A stretch of DNA of 64,000 bases from Bacillota bacterium (GTDB lineage Bacteria; Bacillota; Sulfobacillia; Fermentithermobacillales; Fermentithermobacillaceae), in assembly GCA_040767525.1 (NCBI GenBank), contig JAXGOJ010000001.1, positions 20,317 through 84,316 on the forward strand. Reading direction: 5' to 3'. The notes beneath the pieces were generated by a model that saw only the letters and a program-made list of their open reading frames with translations, did not search any database and was not told where the DNA came from. Made by a program: the position numbers and the translations under genes. This document shows positions 63,571-64,000 of this stretch, piece after piece. Numbering within the stretch: the first letter of the stretch is position 1; each line of letters opens with the position of its first letter.

Positions 63571-64000
63571 ATGACCGGATATTTTGAAATCGACTTACAG
63601 CTGTTTTCCGAGGAAAGAAAGGAGTCTGCAACTCCCCGGCGGCGTCAGATGGCCCGGGAGAAGGGGCAGATATTTTTCAGCCAGGACCTTGCATCAGCAG
63701 TGAGCATTTTCTTTGCAGTTCTTACTCTCAAGTACAGTCTCAAGTTCAGCACTGCATTTCTGGCCAGGAAATCAGCTGAGATTTGGATGTCTTCGGCTCC
63801 GCCGAACCCTGGTATGGAATGGGCATCTAAAGCTGTGAAAGATGTGGCAATCACGTTTATGCTTGCAACCTTACCTGTTATGGCAGCTTCGACTGTATTC
63901 GGTATCACTGCTTCAGTCCTTCAGGTGGGGTTTTCGGCAAAACCTGCCTTATTGCTTCCCGACTTCAAGCGCCTGAATCCCCTGGAAGGTTTTAAGCGGA
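63571..64000 (+). CDS. flhB: flagellar export apparatus protein FlhB, 5' portion (runs off the window end)
   Basis: N-terminus ...SEERKESATPRRRQMAREKGQIFFSQDLASAVSIFFAVL... is typical of FlhB. Confidence 0.8.
   Translation, partial: MTGYFEIDLQLFSEERKESATPRRRQMAREKGQIFFSQDLASAVSIFFAVLTLKYSLKFSTAFLARKSAEIWMSSAPPNPGMEWASKAVKDVAITFMLATLPVMAASTVFGITASVLQVGFSAKPALLLPDFKRLNPLEGFKR

Noticed and set aside
63645-63908. An 87-aa minus-strand ORF inside flhB
   Set aside because: It is antisense to the well-supported FlhB N-terminus and has no motifs.

Overview
This 64 kb window is chromosomal DNA from a flagellated, endospore-forming Firmicute, probably a Clostridia-class anaerobe, with about 50% GC. 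There are no rRNA or tRNA genes, no CRISPR array and no clear mobile element. The gene order is housekeeping-like and follows conserved Firmicute synteny. Main blocks, in order: tail of a class II aaRS (ProRS-like); alaS-yrzL; rhomboid protease; archaeal-type FBP aldolase/phosphatase; AKR-ferredoxin fusion; ruvX-yrzB-mltG; sleB-ypeB; CotF-like coat protein with ~287 bp tandem repeats; a galT-glgA-GT4-galU alpha-glucan/UDP-glucose cluster; SpoVD-like PBP; a TPR protein with an uncharacterised C-terminal domain; sigK (uninterrupted); yqeG followed by a degenerate PilT-like ATPase and a LuxR regulator with a non-canonical receiver domain; T-box leader and trpS; comM; yraN; a HelD-like helicase broken into many fragments; csoR; thrC-like; MATE; SAM methyltransferase; rnhB; gerAC-gerAB-gerAA on the minus strand; dprA-topA-codV(xerC)-hslV-hslU-codY; then a c-di-GMP-I (GEMM) riboswitch with a terminator leading into the large fla/che operon (flgB, flgC, fliE, fliF, fliG, fliH, fliI, fliJ, fliK, flgD, TIGR02530-type protein, flgE, motA, motB, fliL, fliM, fliN, fliO, fliP, fliQ, fliR, start of flhB). 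One major caveat applies throughout: many long and essential genes (alaS, topA, hslU, fliF, galU and others) are split by frameshifts, and fliE carries a compensating +1/-1 indel pair 45 bp apart. The simplest explanation is pervasive indel errors in the consensus sequence rather than real pseudogenes. Coordinates of frameshifted genes are therefore approximate, and their features span the reconstructed full gene. The most notable accessory-type signals are the PilT-like pseudo-ATPase with its pseudo-receiver LuxR partner, the TPR protein with an uncharacterised C-terminal domain next to sigK, the Trp/Gln-rich repetitive CotF-like coat protein, and the c-di-GMP riboswitch guarding the flagellar operon.
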